DNA of 64,000 nucleotides from a virus. Numbering within the stretch: the stretch's first letter is position 1; each line of letters opens with the position of its first letter. This document shows positions 28,210 to 37,847 of the stretch, one piece after another. The notes under the pieces are model-generated. The model was not told where the DNA came from and searched no databases. It saw only the letters and a list, made by a program, of their open reading frames with translations. The translations under genes were made by a program, and so were the position numbers. Location: the IMG/VR virus record IMGVR_UViG_3300035670_000119, positions 21,906 through 85,905 of that record. One strand, given 5' to 3'.

Positions 28210-29250
28210 TTAGAACGTAATGTTGGGAGCAGCAAGAACCCCGTGTTGATAAGGGTTGGCCTGTAAAGCAGTTCGCAAGTTTGCACCAGCTTCTTGTTGA
28301 CTACCAACAGCTAATTTACCTGCAGTTGCAACAGTACCAAGCATTGCATAATTCTGACCCATGGTTGCAATCAAGGCTTGCTGACGCACCAGGTCATTAC
28401 GTTTTGCCTGTTCAACAATTGGGAACTGTCGTTTTAAAACTTCAAGATCTAACTCGGCAGCATCACGACCCAACTGCTTTTGGGTCTGAATATAAAGTTG
28501 TGCTGTCCTTGCATCCATCTTCGAATAAGCCTCGACAAGCTTATCGGTCATACCGATTTGCTCAGCAAGGGAACCCTCGCGACCCGTGATGGGTTGTCCT
28601 TTGCCAATGCCACCTGGCAACTTGCCTTCTGCCTTTGCCGCTTCAGCCATGTCACCAAGTCCTGTACCAGCGGCACTTGCCAGGGCAGGAACAACGTAAC
28701 CAGCTGCTTTCAGTAATGGATTTTGGGAGGCACGCAAACCAGATGTAATGGCGGCAGTGGCACCGCCAGCCGCTAAGCCACCTACCGCACCTGCCGCAGC
28801 GCCAAGAGGACGGCCCTGGATCAATTCGTTAGTTGCGATGCCAAGAGCAGGAAGTGCGACGGTACCTTGAAGCAAACGTCCACGATCAAACAAAGCATTA
28901 CGCACTTGATTAGCTGATTGCCCAAGGCCGCCAGGGCCACCGGGAGTAGCATTGGTCCCTGTAATCGGAACAGTGCCACCACCGCCGCCGCCACCTGTTA
29001 CGCGCCCTTGACCAGTACCTGAACCGCGTCCACCGCCGCCTGTAGTTACATTACCTGCTTCAGGGTAAGCATTACCAGTAATGCGTGGATCAAGGCTGGG
29101 TTGTTGCTCACCAAGTCCAACCGCTTGCGCCATGCCTTGCATCAAGTTTTGGAACGCAGCGCCAATGCCTGTACTTGGTTCTTGATAAAGGCGGGATGCG
29201 CGGCCACGACGAGAAAAAGTCTGTTCGTCGCCCCCTGTAACGCTTGCCAT
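28210..29250 (-). CDS. Gly-rich putative ejection protein
   Basis: 346 aa, VTGGG repeats, glycine zipper. Confidence 0.7.
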   Translation of the reverse strand: MASVTGGDEQTFSRRGRASRLYQEPSTGIGAAFQNLMQGMAQAVGLGEQQPSLDPRITGNAYPEAGNVTTGGGGRGSGTGQGRVTGGGGGGGTVPITGTNATPGGPGGLGQSANQVRNALFDRGRLLQGTVALPALGIATNELIQGRPLGAAAGAVGGLAAGGATAAITSGLRASQNPLLKAAGYVVPALASAAGTGLGDMAEAAKAEGKLPGGIGKGQPITGREGSLAEQIGMTDKLVEAYSKMDARTAQLYIQTQKQLGRDAAELDLEVLKRQFPIVEQAKRNDLVRQQALIATMGQNYAMLGTVATAGKLAVGSQQEAGANLRTALQANPYQHGVLAAPNITF

Positions 29251-29280
29251 ATTACAGCTATGTTTTATGTGATAATTCTA

Positions 29281-30276
29281 TCACTGCACTTCTTGTTCAT
29301 ATTGTGCAAGTGTTGGTAACTTAGGACGATTGCCTTGTGCAATTAACTCATTAACTGCTGTGCCAAGTACAGCGCCAGCCACTGCACCTACAACTCCGCC
29401 GCCTAATCCCCTTCTAGTGAGGCCCTTGGCAGAAGAAAGACTCGTGGTAACAACATCGTCGGCAATACCAGGGAGGCCCTGCTGGACAACAACAGAACGG
29501 TTTGGATTAGGTGCACGCAACGCAACAGCTGCACCAGCAAGACCCCCAAGAGCTGTTGCAGCAGACGCAATATTGACAGGGTAACCAAGCATGCGAAGCT
29601 CTGGCACACCTTCTAGGTTTTCATTGGTGTATTTAACTAAACCAAGTAAGCCTTTATCTTGGTAATAGTTTTTCATAAAATTGGAGTAGCGTTCAGGAGT
29701 TAAATCCGGGATGTCTTCTTTTGCAGTCTCATATTTTAAAGGTCTGCCTTGACGACTTAAAAAGAAACGTTCAAACAATTCTTGAACTGGTTGTTCAGTT
29801 TGCCTACGATCTTCTGAGCCTTCTTCTGCGTACTGTTGCGCATAGCCCTTGGGCCTGAACATCTCTCCAACATTTGTAATGTCATAGGTACCAGCGAGAG
29901 CTGTGGCCGGTGCAGTAATACCAAGCGCAATAAGACCTGTTTTTGTTTTACCCAACTGTTTATACGCTTCTTCACCTATTGCCGTTTCTAGTGTTCTATC
30001 AACTGCTTTGTCCAGAATTGCTAAAGGGTGGTTATACCGCCAGTAAATGCCGCGTGTGCCGTCATTGGCTATGTCAGTCATCAAGCGTGCGCCAAAAGCA
30101 CCTACAGCTTGAACAGGTGTTTCACTTAAAGATACGCCAAGATTTTTTAATTCTTGGTGGTACTTCCCACGGAGGTTTAGAACACTTGGATAAACCTCTT
30201 CCGCACGACGCGTCGCCTCTGCACTTTTGGCAGCACCTGCACCGAGATTATTTAAGAAGTTTTGAAACTTATTCAT
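29281..30276 (-). CDS. Hypothetical protein with C-terminal glycine-zipper helices
   Basis: ORF track frame, start at MNKFQ; hydrophobic segments. Confidence 0.7.
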   Translation of the reverse strand: MNKFQNFLNNLGAGAAKSAEATRRAEEVYPSVLNLRGKYHQELKNLGVSLSETPVQAVGAFGARLMTDIANDGTRGIYWRYNHPLAILDKAVDRTLETAIGEEAYKQLGKTKTGLIALGITAPATALAGTYDITNVGEMFRPKGYAQQYAEEGSEDRRQTEQPVQELFERFFLSRQGRPLKYETAKEDIPDLTPERYSNFMKNYYQDKGLLGLVKYTNENLEGVPELRMLGYPVNIASAATALGGLAGAAVALRAPNPNRSVVVQQGLPGIADDVVTTSLSSAKGLTRRGLGGGVVGAVAGAVLGTAVNELIAQGNRPKLPTLAQYEQEVQ

Positions 30277-30277
30277 A

Positions 30278-30868
30278 TCACACACCCACAATGGATGCCA
30301 TGCCCGCACGAATGGCGTTCAAGTCAACTCCGCCAGAATTAAGCAGTTCTTCTCGTGCTGCATAAGACATGGGCAATGTTGACTCAATGCCTTGAGTTTG
30401 GAACATAGTACCGGGGGAGTAGGCATTGCGTACTGCCATACGGTTTGCGTTTACTTGATTTGCTTGTTCAGCAAGTTTTTCATTAAGAAGATCACGTTGT
30501 ATATTTTGTTGTAAAACTTGTTGAGATTGGATAAGATCGGTGGGAAGAGGTTGATTATGTAATAGACTGCCTACGCCCATGCTGGTAAGAAGGCTTGTGC
30601 CAATATTGACCGGTGTCTCTAAACGACTAACAATTGGTTCTGTTCTTTTTACACCGTTCTCTATAACCGTACGTGTCCCTTTGGGTCTAAGCGCACGAAC
30701 GCCAGAAACTGCAGCGCCCGAAGCAAGGGTATCTGCTGCACCATAAAGCATAGCCTCTGGAAGCGGAGTGCCTGTCAGTAATCCATATCCAGTGGTAAGC
30801 AGTCCGCTGCTTAGACCAGGCTTAACAGCGTTTAATAAAGATTGAAAAAGCCTGCCGCTTGCAGCCAT
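30278..30868 (-). CDS. Hypothetical late protein
   Basis: 196 aa, TATAAT upstream. Confidence 0.7.
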   Translation of the reverse strand: MAASGRLFQSLLNAVKPGLSSGLLTTGYGLLTGTPLPEAMLYGAADTLASGAAVSGVRALRPKGTRTVIENGVKRTEPIVSRLETPVNIGTSLLTSMGVGSLLHNQPLPTDLIQSQQVLQQNIQRDLLNEKLAEQANQVNANRMAVRNAYSPGTMFQTQGIESTLPMSYAAREELLNSGGVDLNAIRAGMASIVGV

Positions 30869-30895
30869 GATATCTTTTTCTTTTTATTATAAATG

Positions 30896-31435
30896 TTAGG
30901 CATCCTCTGAATCATTACTTAAGAGCTGGGCGACAGACCTCTTGTCTTCCATCTCAGCTTCAACCCTGCGCTCTGCGGTCTCCATGAGATAGCCCCGTGG
31001 ATCAGGGTTAGCAATGCGAGGCATGGGATTGGTAATGCGTTTATCAGGATTAAGGGTAGGACTTAGTTTGTAAGCCTCTACCCAGATATCAGAAAAACCT
31101 GGTTGCTCTTGAGGACGCAAAGCAGTATTGGGACGCCCTTCATCAAAGCTGTAATCTTCTTTGCGTTTAAACCTTCCAAGTCCAGCAAAAACTTCAAACT
31201 CTTCAGGATTGTTGCCAACGAAGTTTAAACCTGGATTTAGTTTTAACTTACGTGTTTGGATGCGACGAAGAATATCTTTGTCCTCGAAGCGACCGTGCAT
31301 CCATGGAGAAACACCAGTGGATGCTTTGGGCGCAAAGAGATCATCGTAGTTTAGTTGTTTCTTTTGGGTGAAAATATCCTGTCCGTAGGAAATATACTTT
31401 GACGGATCGCTGCTAAGCCGATGATCTCTTGCCAT
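30896..31435 (-). CDS. Hypothetical protein
   Basis: 179 aa, coupled to the upstream gene. Confidence 0.7.
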   Translation of the reverse strand: MARDHRLSSDPSKYISYGQDIFTQKKQLNYDDLFAPKASTGVSPWMHGRFEDKDILRRIQTRKLKLNPGLNFVGNNPEEFEVFAGLGRFKRKEDYSFDEGRPNTALRPQEQPGFSDIWVEAYKLSPTLNPDKRITNPMPRIANPDPRGYLMETAERRVEAEMEDKRSVAQLLSNDSEDA

Positions 31436-31665
31436 TATTCCTCAGCTTTCTTGCGGTCTTTTTTCTTCTTTAATCCTACCAAGGTTTGACGCAACCGCGC
31501 TTGTTTTACGGTTTTTTCATCGTACTTTTCAGGATTGGCAAGAACGTTTTCTTGGAGCTGAGCAGAAGTAATACCTTTTTTCTTGGCTTTAGCAGTAAAA
31601 ACACCCTCCTTCATCTCCATGCCTTGAATCCACTTTTTATCCTTCTTTTTCTTTTGTTCAGCCAT
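31435..31665 (-). CDS. Small basic protein (KKWIQ..MKEG.FTAKA type)
   Basis: Highly Lys-rich; motif common in phage late regions. Confidence 0.75.
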   Translation of the reverse strand: MAEQKKKKDKKWIQGMEMKEGVFTAKAKKKGITSAQLQENVLANPEKYDEKTVKQARLRQTLVGLKKKKDRKKAEE

Positions 31666-31667
31666 GA

Positions 31668-34600
31668 TTAGCCTCGTGGGAAGAAGACGTTGCGTTGAAC
31701 CGGGCGATTCGCCTGCGCCATTGGAACCATTTTACCTTGTCTGCGCACCATTCTCTGAGGAGTGGATTGAGAAGCAAGCTGCTGCGCTTCACGTGCCAAT
31801 GCTTTTTCATAGAAGTCCAGGGCACTGTTGGGGGTGTAACCCGAAGCCGGTCTTTCCGTAAGCATACCGGGAATCGAAAGTTGAGGTCCAGTAACACGAC
31901 GTTCGTAACCGGCAATCTCACGGTTGGCACTTGTACCTAAGGTACTAACAGCGGGACCTTGTTGAGGTGGTGGAATAGGACCGTAAGTGCGTTCTCCAGC
32001 AGTGCCCATTGGAATGTTACGTTCACCAGTCTTAACGCCTACTTGAGTTGCTCCAGGTTGTTGACCACGCTTGTAAGCTGCTTGTGCCATAAGTTGATTA
32101 CCGATCTGTTGTAACTGCGATCCAGAAGCACCATAGCGCTCAAGAACTTGAGATTCAGTTAGTGCGCCAAGACCGGCGGGAATAGCTCCTATGCCCTGGC
32201 CAAGCTGTTGCGCACCACGCACCATGCGGCCACCGGGGGTTGCTTCTGCAGCGGCTGCAAGACGATAGCGGTTATATTCTTGAAGCTCAGCGGAAGGAGA
32301 TGTACGCACCGAAAGACGGCTTCCGCCTTGTGGATAATCGCCACTAAGAACATCAGATGCTGGGCCAGCAGCAAAACGAGCAGGTCCTGTAAAGGAAGAC
32401 GTAATTGGTTCTTGTATCAACTCCCCAAACTCGTTGTAATAGAAGCCGGGTTTTGCGGGACGCTGTGTAGGAGATACGTTTGGTTGACCTGTTTGACGAG
32501 AAGACAGGGTTTGATAGGGGCCCGAAACCACCTCACCTTCTCCTTTTAAGGTAATTCCTGTAAGCTCCGCAATGTTTAATGCATCCTGATTCTCTCTCTT
32601 GAGAGTTTCAATTAATTGATTGCGTGGATAAGAGACGGTTTTATCACCCATCTTATAAGTAACTTTGGCCCCAGGGGTGCCAGGGGGATCAGTAGAGACT
32701 TGCGCACCGCTCTTAAGCAAAGTACGCAACTGAGAAGAAACCGCTCCACCCATCGAAGGCTCAAGGCGTGCGTAATACGCCGAACGGACATTCTCTCCAG
32801 TAGCAGATTTTTGCATGATATCCGGAAGAGGTTGACCGGATAGTTGGCGTTCGGGCGATGAAATTTGAGGTTTGGCAGAAGTAATAACACCAGACTCATC
32901 AAAGCCTGGTAGGTATTGAGAAACAAGAGTTTGCGTGCGTTTCGAGATTTCTTCAGGATCTAAACCTTGCTGCTTAAGACTAGATTCAATTGTGTTAGAA
33001 AGTTGACGCTGAGCTTCAATAATATTTGTACGGCGATTTTGTTCATTTTGCACCGCAGATTTGCCTTTAGTTTGTGGTCCAGTGTAAGGAAGTTTTTCTC
33101 CATTCACACCAACCAAGAAACCTTTTTGTTGCGTCTCATAAGACGCCCCAGAAAGCATATTAATAAATTGACGACGGGACTCATCATACTGATCAAAAGG
33201 CCGTTGCGTCATGATTGGTGTATCACCAACCGTATTCTTCAAAAGAACATTAACCTTTCTGTTGATTGTTTCGTAATCATCGCCATGAATATCTTTAATA
33301 CTTTGTACAGCATTTTGAATTGAAGTGAGCGGTGGTACACCGACAAGGGCCGCGGCATAAGGTGAAACTTCAGCATCTAAACGAATGTTGAAATTCACAA
33401 GGCGCGGTTTTGTTTTGCCAGAATCTGGATCTGTTACTAGTTCTACACGTTGAAGAGGAGCATGAACAATTTCAGTAGTTTTAAATTGACCAATAACACC
33501 AGGGGCAATTTCGTTTTCAGTTAAGGCATCTACTGCCATGGGAACGGTGTCAATGATATTCCCTGTTTCAGCCCCTTTATAGCGAATTGGAGATTGACGA
33601 GATTCAGCCGTCAACGAAGAAAGGTTATAAGAAGGAAAACCAACCATTTGACCATTTATCTTGCGCATGGCAGGATAAACTTCTGGCTGGTACACCGGCA
33701 GGTATGCGCGATCTCTTGGTTGTGTAGAACCACTTGGGCGTTCTTTTTCAAAATATTTCTGAAGAGGCCCTGTATATTCTTCTTGTTCACCAAGACGCGC
33801 ACGGGCTTCTTCTCCACGAGCAGGCCGTAATTCAGTGATGTACTGAGGAATATCTCCGACTTCTGATTCGTAAATTTCTTGCAAAGCTTCTGATGTTGCT
33901 TTGTCCCAACCGCCAAACGTTTGTGCACGATTGCGAGAATCACGTTGAGCCTCTGGTAATTGATAATTGAGAAGACCAGCGGCTTTGCGTTTTTCGTAAT
34001 CAGTGATCGTATGTGGAAGCTCTGCCGAACGACGCTCCCAGTAATTCTTCATGGCCTCTGCATAAGCCGGGTTTACCACTTCGCGCATCTCCCCGCGAAT
34101 ACCACTGATGGGCTCATCAAGTAATTCGGTGTAAGGCAATTTACCTTTACGCGACAAAGCTAAAGCCGTAGTACCAGCTTCACCACGGACTCCTTCGCTT
34201 GCTTGTTTTAAACGTTGAAGATTGTAAATAGCACCTTCTTTTTGACCAGGGCTTAACTCAGTATCGTTTAAAACATTTTGGATTTGGCGATCAACCATCT
34301 CAGGATCAATTTGTGCAAATGCCGAGAAAGTTTCACGCATTGGCGAACTTGGTCCCAAGACATTTACTTCTTCTCCTTCGTATACGTTTTTCAGAGAAGA
34401 AGGATAATTAACGATTCCTTCAGGCATCTGCCGTGAAGGCGACAGGCTTGTGCCTTCGTTCCAGGCTCTCTTTGAGAATATAGGCTGTTCAAGCAAAGCC
34501 TGCTCACTTGCCAAGCGGTCTAAAATCTTTTCTTCCCGCAAAGGGCGACGTGCTGCAGGAAGTACGCTAGATGGCGCATAAATACGTTCCTCCTGTGGAA

Positions 34601-35099
34601 CGGCAACAGCTTGATCTGTAGATGAGGTACTGCGTTGTTTTTCTTCCAGGCGGCGCTGAAGAAATTGTTGGGCACCAGAGTTTACTGTTTCGTTACGTAC
34701 GTCAGCTACAGGGGGCTCCTTGGATTCTTGTACGTCAACTAAGGTTTCCTCTGGAACTTCCGGTACATCTTCCTGTGGACGGTAACGTGCGCCCGCTGCA
34801 GTCTCTAAATCGGTAAAAGTGACGCCTGACTTACCAGGCTGCTTAGGAATATCAGTAACACCACGGTCCTGAAGCAGTTTACGCACCCCATAAGCACCTG
34901 CACCAAGGCCAGCAGCCGCTAAACCAAGGCCAATGCCCACCGAAACAGGGTCAATGCCCTCAGATTGGGGTGCTTTTAGCTGATTACGGCGAAATTCCAG
35001 AACTTCTGGGGCCATCTGCGCCCTTTCTTCCGGATCTTCGGGTACTGGAACCCCGGTTGCACGGCTATAAGCGTAAAAATCAGCGGGTGCCAGTGCCAT
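31668..35099 (-). CDS. Large hypothetical protein, 1143 aa (probable internal virion protein)
   Basis: First gene of the late arm; N-terminal hydrophobic GxxxG helix; no recognisable motif. Confidence 0.8.
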   Translation of the reverse strand: MALAPADFYAYSRATGVPVPEDPEERAQMAPEVLEFRRNQLKAPQSEGIDPVSVGIGLGLAAAGLGAGAYGVRKLLQDRGVTDIPKQPGKSGVTFTDLETAAGARYRPQEDVPEVPEETLVDVQESKEPPVADVRNETVNSGAQQFLQRRLEEKQRSTSSTDQAVAVPQEERIYAPSSVLPAARRPLREEKILDRLASEQALLEQPIFSKRAWNEGTSLSPSRQMPEGIVNYPSSLKNVYEGEEVNVLGPSSPMRETFSAFAQIDPEMVDRQIQNVLNDTELSPGQKEGAIYNLQRLKQASEGVRGEAGTTALALSRKGKLPYTELLDEPISGIRGEMREVVNPAYAEAMKNYWERRSAELPHTITDYEKRKAAGLLNYQLPEAQRDSRNRAQTFGGWDKATSEALQEIYESEVGDIPQYITELRPARGEEARARLGEQEEYTGPLQKYFEKERPSGSTQPRDRAYLPVYQPEVYPAMRKINGQMVGFPSYNLSSLTAESRQSPIRYKGAETGNIIDTVPMAVDALTENEIAPGVIGQFKTTEIVHAPLQRVELVTDPDSGKTKPRLVNFNIRLDAEVSPYAAALVGVPPLTSIQNAVQSIKDIHGDDYETINRKVNVLLKNTVGDTPIMTQRPFDQYDESRRQFINMLSGASYETQQKGFLVGVNGEKLPYTGPQTKGKSAVQNEQNRRTNIIEAQRQLSNTIESSLKQQGLDPEEISKRTQTLVSQYLPGFDESGVITSAKPQISSPERQLSGQPLPDIMQKSATGENVRSAYYARLEPSMGGAVSSQLRTLLKSGAQVSTDPPGTPGAKVTYKMGDKTVSYPRNQLIETLKRENQDALNIAELTGITLKGEGEVVSGPYQTLSSRQTGQPNVSPTQRPAKPGFYYNEFGELIQEPITSSFTGPARFAAGPASDVLSGDYPQGGSRLSVRTSPSAELQEYNRYRLAAAAEATPGGRMVRGAQQLGQGIGAIPAGLGALTESQVLERYGASGSQLQQIGNQLMAQAAYKRGQQPGATQVGVKTGERNIPMGTAGERTYGPIPPPQQGPAVSTLGTSANREIAGYERRVTGPQLSIPGMLTERPASGYTPNSALDFYEKALAREAQQLASQSTPQRMVRRQGKMVPMAQANRPVQRNVFFPRG

Positions 35100-35220
35100 T
35101 TGTTTATTGTTGCGCGTTAAAGTTGTCCTTCTTTGTATTTTAAAGGAAAGAATTTGTAAAACACTACGTAAGTTAGACTGTTAACAAGAAAAACACAGCG
35201 ACAAGCAACGTAAAAAAGTC

Positions 35221-35430
35221 ATGAACCCTAAAACGCAGATGGAAAGGGGAATTGCACTCAAGGCAATTGCCAGCAAAGCACGAGAACTGCAAGATAAAGG
35301 AGTCAGTGGCTTAGCTGTAGATCAATTTTTAATTGGTGCCAGGCAAAAATTGGCGGAAGAGCGCCCTGATGTAGAAGCACACGCTAAGGCCGCGGCTGCA
35401 TCTAACAAATGGATGGCACAAAACCGTTAA
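35221..35430 (+). CDS. Hypothetical protein
   Basis: 69-aa ORF followed by a terminator. Confidence 0.65.
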   Translation: MNPKTQMERGIALKAIASKARELQDKGVSGLAVDQFLIGARQKLAEERPDVEAHAKAAAASNKWMAQNR

Positions 35431-35462
35431 GAAGAGTAAAAATATTTTTTAATATTTTTTAC

Positions 35463-35486
35463 CGGGGGCTAAAACCCCCGTTTTTT
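35463..35486 (+). terminator. Intrinsic terminator
   Basis: CGGGGG-CTAAAA-CCCCCG followed by T6. Confidence 0.75.
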
Positions 35487-35699
35487 GTGTAATTTTTTGG
35501 TGTAAGCAGTTGTTACCCATACATTTTTTGCAAAAATTGGCCCTATAGGGGTCCAAAAAGGATAAAAAATTATCTGACGCTTCTTCAACACCATGCGCGT
35601 AGTGAATTGCGTATAGAAAAAAAGAAAGGTGTGGTGGGTTAAATAATTTATCGGGGGCTGCGCATCCGTGTAACGCAGGTATTCCATCGCTTTAGATCA

Positions 35700-36011
35700 A
35701 TGCAGTTGACGAAGGAAGAGCAGAAGGTTGTCGAGTTTGACGACCGTTGTCAGATGGTGGCAAGTTATCTATGGGAAGGTAAGTCTGTCACGATGACTGC
35801 GAAGCAGCTTGAGTGGTATGACGTGACGCCGCACCAAGTGATAGCGGAGCTGAGCGGTTGGCTTCGTTCGGAAGAGCAAGAAGCCTGCTGGGAAGCGGAG
35901 CATTTGTATCGTGGCAGCCGCCGTGAGCGTACACATGTTGTCTATTGCACCAAGCAAGGTGACAAGTATGTGTTCAAGGCGAAGGTTGTCAAGGTAGCTA
36001 ACTACGTTTGA
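35700..36011 (+). CDS. First early-region hypothetical protein
   Basis: 103-aa ATG ORF. Confidence 0.65.
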   Translation: MQLTKEEQKVVEFDDRCQMVASYLWEGKSVTMTAKQLEWYDVTPHQVIAELSGWLRSEEQEACWEAEHLYRGSRRERTHVVYCTKQGDKYVFKAKVVKVANYV

Positions 36012-36184
36012 CGGTTAACTCTTCCCCTGGTGAGAGCCAGGGGTTTATTTAGCCCTCAAAGCTATGCTTCTAGACGCATAAACGCATTCTGTACAGTCTG
36101 TACATCGCGCGCGCGTACTTTTGGGCTACATCTGCTGCCTGTTCAGGCAGGACAGTCGCGCCGCAAGGGATCTCAGCGATTAAT

Positions 36185-36209
36185 CGTCAAGCTGGACGTT
36201 AAACGTAGC
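36185..36209 (+). promoter_or_regulatory. Pseudoknot leader motif copy 1 (divergent)
   Basis: CGTC-AAGCTG-GACG-TTAAAC-GTAGC. Confidence 0.55.
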
Positions 36210-36232
36210 CTTGTCCTACCTAATTCAACACC

Positions 36233-36394
36233 ATGACTTACACCGTTATCATCAAGCATCACGACGTATTCTCTCAGTCTTATCTCCAGGGCTGTGAGCA
36301 ATCGTTTGACACTGAGCAGCAAGCTCAGGATTACATTCAAACATTTGAGGATTGGGAACAAGATCTTCTGGAGATTGATTTCAATCCTTTCTGA
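36233..36394 (+). CDS. Small acidic early protein (53 aa)
   Basis: Manual translation MTYTVIIKHHDVFSQSYLQGCEQSFDTEQQAQDYIQTFEDWEQDLLEIDFNPF; CAACACC-ATG context. Confidence 0.65.
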   Translation: MTYTVIIKHHDVFSQSYLQGCEQSFDTEQQAQDYIQTFEDWEQDLLEIDFNPF

Positions 36395-36475
36395 GTAACA
36401 GGCGTGATGCCGGGGGATCGAATCCCCCACTCAGTATTGCCACAATTCAGTGGCATTTACCTACACCACACGACC

Positions 36476-36664
36476 GTGATCAAAGCACAGAACGTCTACG
36501 CACTCATCATCATCCAGGCATTTGCCATGGGTATTATCGCTGGTCCAGTTGCTGGATACTTCATTGATAAGGCAACTGCCAAGCAATGCATTACTCACGA
36601 CTGGCCGAAGGAGGCCGATCAAATCCACCGTGATTGGTGCGTCACTAACGGCTACAAGATCTAA
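36476..36664 (+). CDS. Small membrane protein
   Basis: Hydrophobic helix then C.THDWP...H.DWC..NGY; GTG start inferred. Confidence 0.6.
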   Translation: MIKAQNVYALIIIQAFAMGIIAGPVAGYFIDKATAKQCITHDWPKEADQIHRDWCVTNGYKI

Positions 36665-36736
36665 GACTCCTGCTCTGGGGACTACGGTCCCCTCAACAGG
36701 ACTCAACATCCTGTATCCCACTGCTCATTCAACACC

Positions 36737-36946
36737 ATGTCAATGATTAAGAACTGCACTGTCGTACTTTCCAACGGCAACGTCGTTGGGATGCATGCAA
36801 ACGAAGCAGATGCAGAAATGCAAGCAATGGAGCTGGCATACGAATGGCGCAGACAATCTGACTGTGGCTCCGAGGTACCAGCACCTAAGCTTGCCGTCCT
36901 GTCATTCAATGACTGGATGCAACTGCAGAAAGAGTTTGCATTCTGA
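36737..36946 (+). CDS. Early hypothetical protein
   Basis: CAACACC-ATG, fits between leader hairpins. Confidence 0.65.
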   Translation: MSMIKNCTVVLSNGNVVGMHANEADAEMQAMELAYEWRRQSDCGSEVPAPKLAVLSFNDWMQLQKEFAF

Positions 36947-37040
36947 TTCCTGCACTTAACCCTTCCATTGTGGTACATATGTACTACGACGGTAGGTTTT
37001 CTGCAGGCAATCAAGTCTGCTATCCAACTCAACTCAGCTC

Positions 37041-37229
37041 ATGACTGCACTACACATCCGCAAGAACATTGCTGCTGCACTGTTTAACACAGCGGCAGCT
37101 ATTGACAATGCCAAGCTTCCTACCAAGGAAGATATCGGTACTAAGGTGAATGAGTATCGGCTGCGTGCAGCGGCACTCATGATGCCGAACGATATGGCAT
37201 TCGTCATCACTCCTAAGCAAGGCAACTGA
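37041..37229 (+). CDS. Early hypothetical protein
   Basis: ORF after leader hairpin. Confidence 0.65.
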   Translation: MTALHIRKNIAAALFNTAAAIDNAKLPTKEDIGTKVNEYRLRAAALMMPNDMAFVITPKQGN

Positions 37230-37231
37230 TC

Positions 37232-37435
37232 ATGCACCGTAATTACTTTTCTGACTCCTGTGTCGCTCTTATTCTTGGCTCTGGCTTGGGTTTACTGTTA
37301 TCTGTTGGAGCACAGAAGCTTCTCAACAGACACTACCAAGCAACGTGCCATGACAGACCAGGACACAATCTGATCTACGTCCAAGGATTCCTTGGCGATA
37401 CGTACTACTGCATCAACAGTAAGTATATCAACTGA
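37232..37435 (+). CDS. Small membrane protein
   Basis: N-terminal hydrophobic helix. Confidence 0.6.
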   Translation: MHRNYFSDSCVALILGSGLGLLLSVGAQKLLNRHYQATCHDRPGHNLIYVQGFLGDTYYCINSKYIN

Positions 37436-37527
37436 TCTCTGCACTTTCCCATCATATCCATTGGATGTGATGGGTTCCTGCAGGGCTTAGCTCTGCATAC
37501 ACCACACGACACCACCAGGACTCAACC

Positions 37528-37773
37528 ATGACTCCTAAAGCTGTTGAATATCTCCTGACCCAAGACGCTCGTCTGCTAGCCAGGAGAGATGCCCCTTGCA
37601 TCGACCAAGAACTTGAGGCGCAGCGCCAAGCTGCTCTTGAATTGTTCTTCGAGTGGCAAGACGGTATGCGTCAATTCCAAGACCTTGTTCCCTTCGTTGC
37701 CATCGTGCAGCGTAAGGTAGATCTCAACCGGGATCTGCTTCGTTGGGAACGCAGGCAACTGGAACAAGATTGA
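37528..37773 (+). CDS. Early hypothetical protein
   Basis: ORF after leader hairpin. Confidence 0.65.
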   Translation: MTPKAVEYLLTQDARLLARRDAPCIDQELEAQRQAALELFFEWQDGMRQFQDLVPFVAIVQRKVDLNRDLLRWERRQLEQD

Positions 37774-37847
37774 CGACTACACTGAGGGGCTTCGGCCCTT
37801 CTCTGTAGTCTTCATCAAGAAGGCTACGTACCACTGCACACAACACT

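Larger units (their letters stand above)
36013..37827 (+). repeat. Five intergenic RNase III-like hairpins (36013-36064, 36668-36714, 36949-37020, 37437-37497, 37775-37827)
   Basis: Shared architecture (lower stem, mostly pyrimidine internal loop, upper stem, downstream alternative partner) with different sequences. Confidence 0.65.
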
